Origin: Chiloscyllium plagiosum
Taxonomy: Eukaryota
DNA length: 64,000 bases
Assembly (NCBI RefSeq): GCF_004010195.1
Contig: NC_057718.1
Span: 99,491,273 to 99,555,272 of the forward strand
Reading direction: 5' to 3'
The translations under genes were made by a program, and so were the position numbers. Below are positions 62,664 to 64,000 of this stretch, in pieces; position 1 is the first letter of the stretch, and each line of letters begins with the position of its first letter. A model generated the notes under the pieces. That model saw only the letters and a program-made list of their open reading frames with translations. It had not been told where the DNA came from and ran no database searches.

Positions 62664-63852
62664 TAGAGTCACAGAGTCATAGAGATGTACAGCATGGAAA
62701 CAGACCCTTCGGTCCAACCTGTCCATGCCGACCAGATATCCCAACCCCACCTAGTCCCACCTGCCAGCACCCGACCCATTCCCCTCCAAACCCTTCCTAT
62801 TAATATACCCATCCAAATGCCTCTTAAATGTTGCAATTGTACCAGCTTCCATCACATCCTCTGGCAGCTCATTCCATATACGTACCACCCTCTGTGTGAA
62901 AAAGTTGCCCTTTAGGTCTCCTTTCTATCTTACCCCTCTCACCCTAAACCTATGCCCTCTAGTTCTGGACTCCCCGACCGCAGGGAAAAGACTTTGTCTA
63001 TTTACCCTATCCATGCCCCTCATAATTTTGTAAACCTCTATAAGGTCATCCCTCAGCCTCCGACGCTCCAGGTAAAAAAGCCCCAGTCTGTTCAGCCTCT
63101 CTCTATAGCTCAGATCCTCCAACCCTGGCAACATCCCTGTAAATCTTTTCTGAACCCTTTCAGGTTTCACAACATCTTTCCGATAGGAAGGAAACCAGAA
63201 TTGCACACAATATTCCAACAGTGGCCTAACCAATGTCCTGTGCAGCCTCAACATGACCTCCCAACTCCTGTAGGAGAAAGTGAGGACTGCAGATGCTGGA
63301 GATCAGAGCTGAAAATGTGTTGCTGGAAAAGCGCAGCAGGTCAGGCAGCATCCAAGAAGCAGGAGAATCGACGTTTGGGGCATGAGCCCTTCTTCAGGAA
63401 CTCCTTCAGGAACTCCCAACTCCTGTACTCAATACTCTGACCAATAAAGGAAAGCATACCAAAAGCCACCTTCACTATCCTATCTACCTGCGACTCCACT
63501 TTCAAGGAGCTATGAACCTGCACTCCAAGGTCTCTTTGTTCAGCAACACTCCCTAGGACCTTACCATTAAGTGTATAAGTCCTGCTAAGATTTGCTTTCC
63601 CAAAATGTCGCACCTCACGTTTATCTGAATTAAACTCCATCTGCCACTTCTCAGCCCATTGGCCCATCTGGTCCAGGTCCTGTTGTAATCTGAGGTAACC
63701 ATCTTCGCTGTCCATGACACCTGCAATTTTGGTGTCATCTGCAAACTTACTAACTGTACCTCTTATGCTCACATCCAAATCATTTATGTAAATGACAAAA
63801 AGTAGAGGGTCCAGCACCGATCCTTGTGGCACTCCACTGGTCACAGGCCTCC
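62664..63852 (-). mobile_element. CR1/HER1 LINE fragment (RT motifs to 3' tail) with nested PLE end (63273-63412)
   Basis: SGVPQGSVLDPLLFVIYINDLD..SKFADDTK; 15 bp duplication CTCCCAACTCCTGTA (63258-63272 and 63413-63427). Confidence 0.93.
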
Positions 63853-64000
63853 ACTAATCGCCCCTGAACTGAGGATTTACTAGGGGCATTTCAGAGGGCC
63901 GTTAAACCCCATTGCTGTGGGCCTGGAGTCACGTGTAAACCAGACCAGGTAAGGATGGCAGATTTCCTTCCGCTAAACAACATTAGCGAACCAGATGGGC

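Overview
Eukaryotic, repeat-dense non-coding DNA. The repeat families (HE1-like V-SINEs, HER1/CR1 LINEs, Deu-domain SINEs, Rex1/Babar LINEs) point to a shark or other elasmobranch; this is inferred from repeat content only. I recognise no host protein-coding exon. The ORF track consists of decayed retroelement pieces, their antisense frames, a minisatellite and chance ORFs. There is one assembly gap (8605-9216). The most striking signal is a dispersed set of about 15 minimal hammerhead-ribozyme cores (CTGANGA-stem II-GAAA-palindrome-TH). They belong to at least five sequence families of Penelope-like element (PLE) ends. Helix II covaries between families, and the helix-III 4-mer is self-complementary (ACGT or AGCT). 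Many copies are tiny head-to-head insertions flanked by 11-17 bp direct duplications. Also present: a ~200 bp fold-back duplication, a decayed Harbinger-type Myb/SANT remnant, a TA-flanked MITE family, two minisatellites, and repeat-free islands that may be regulatory. Repeat boundaries were set by eye and are approximate.
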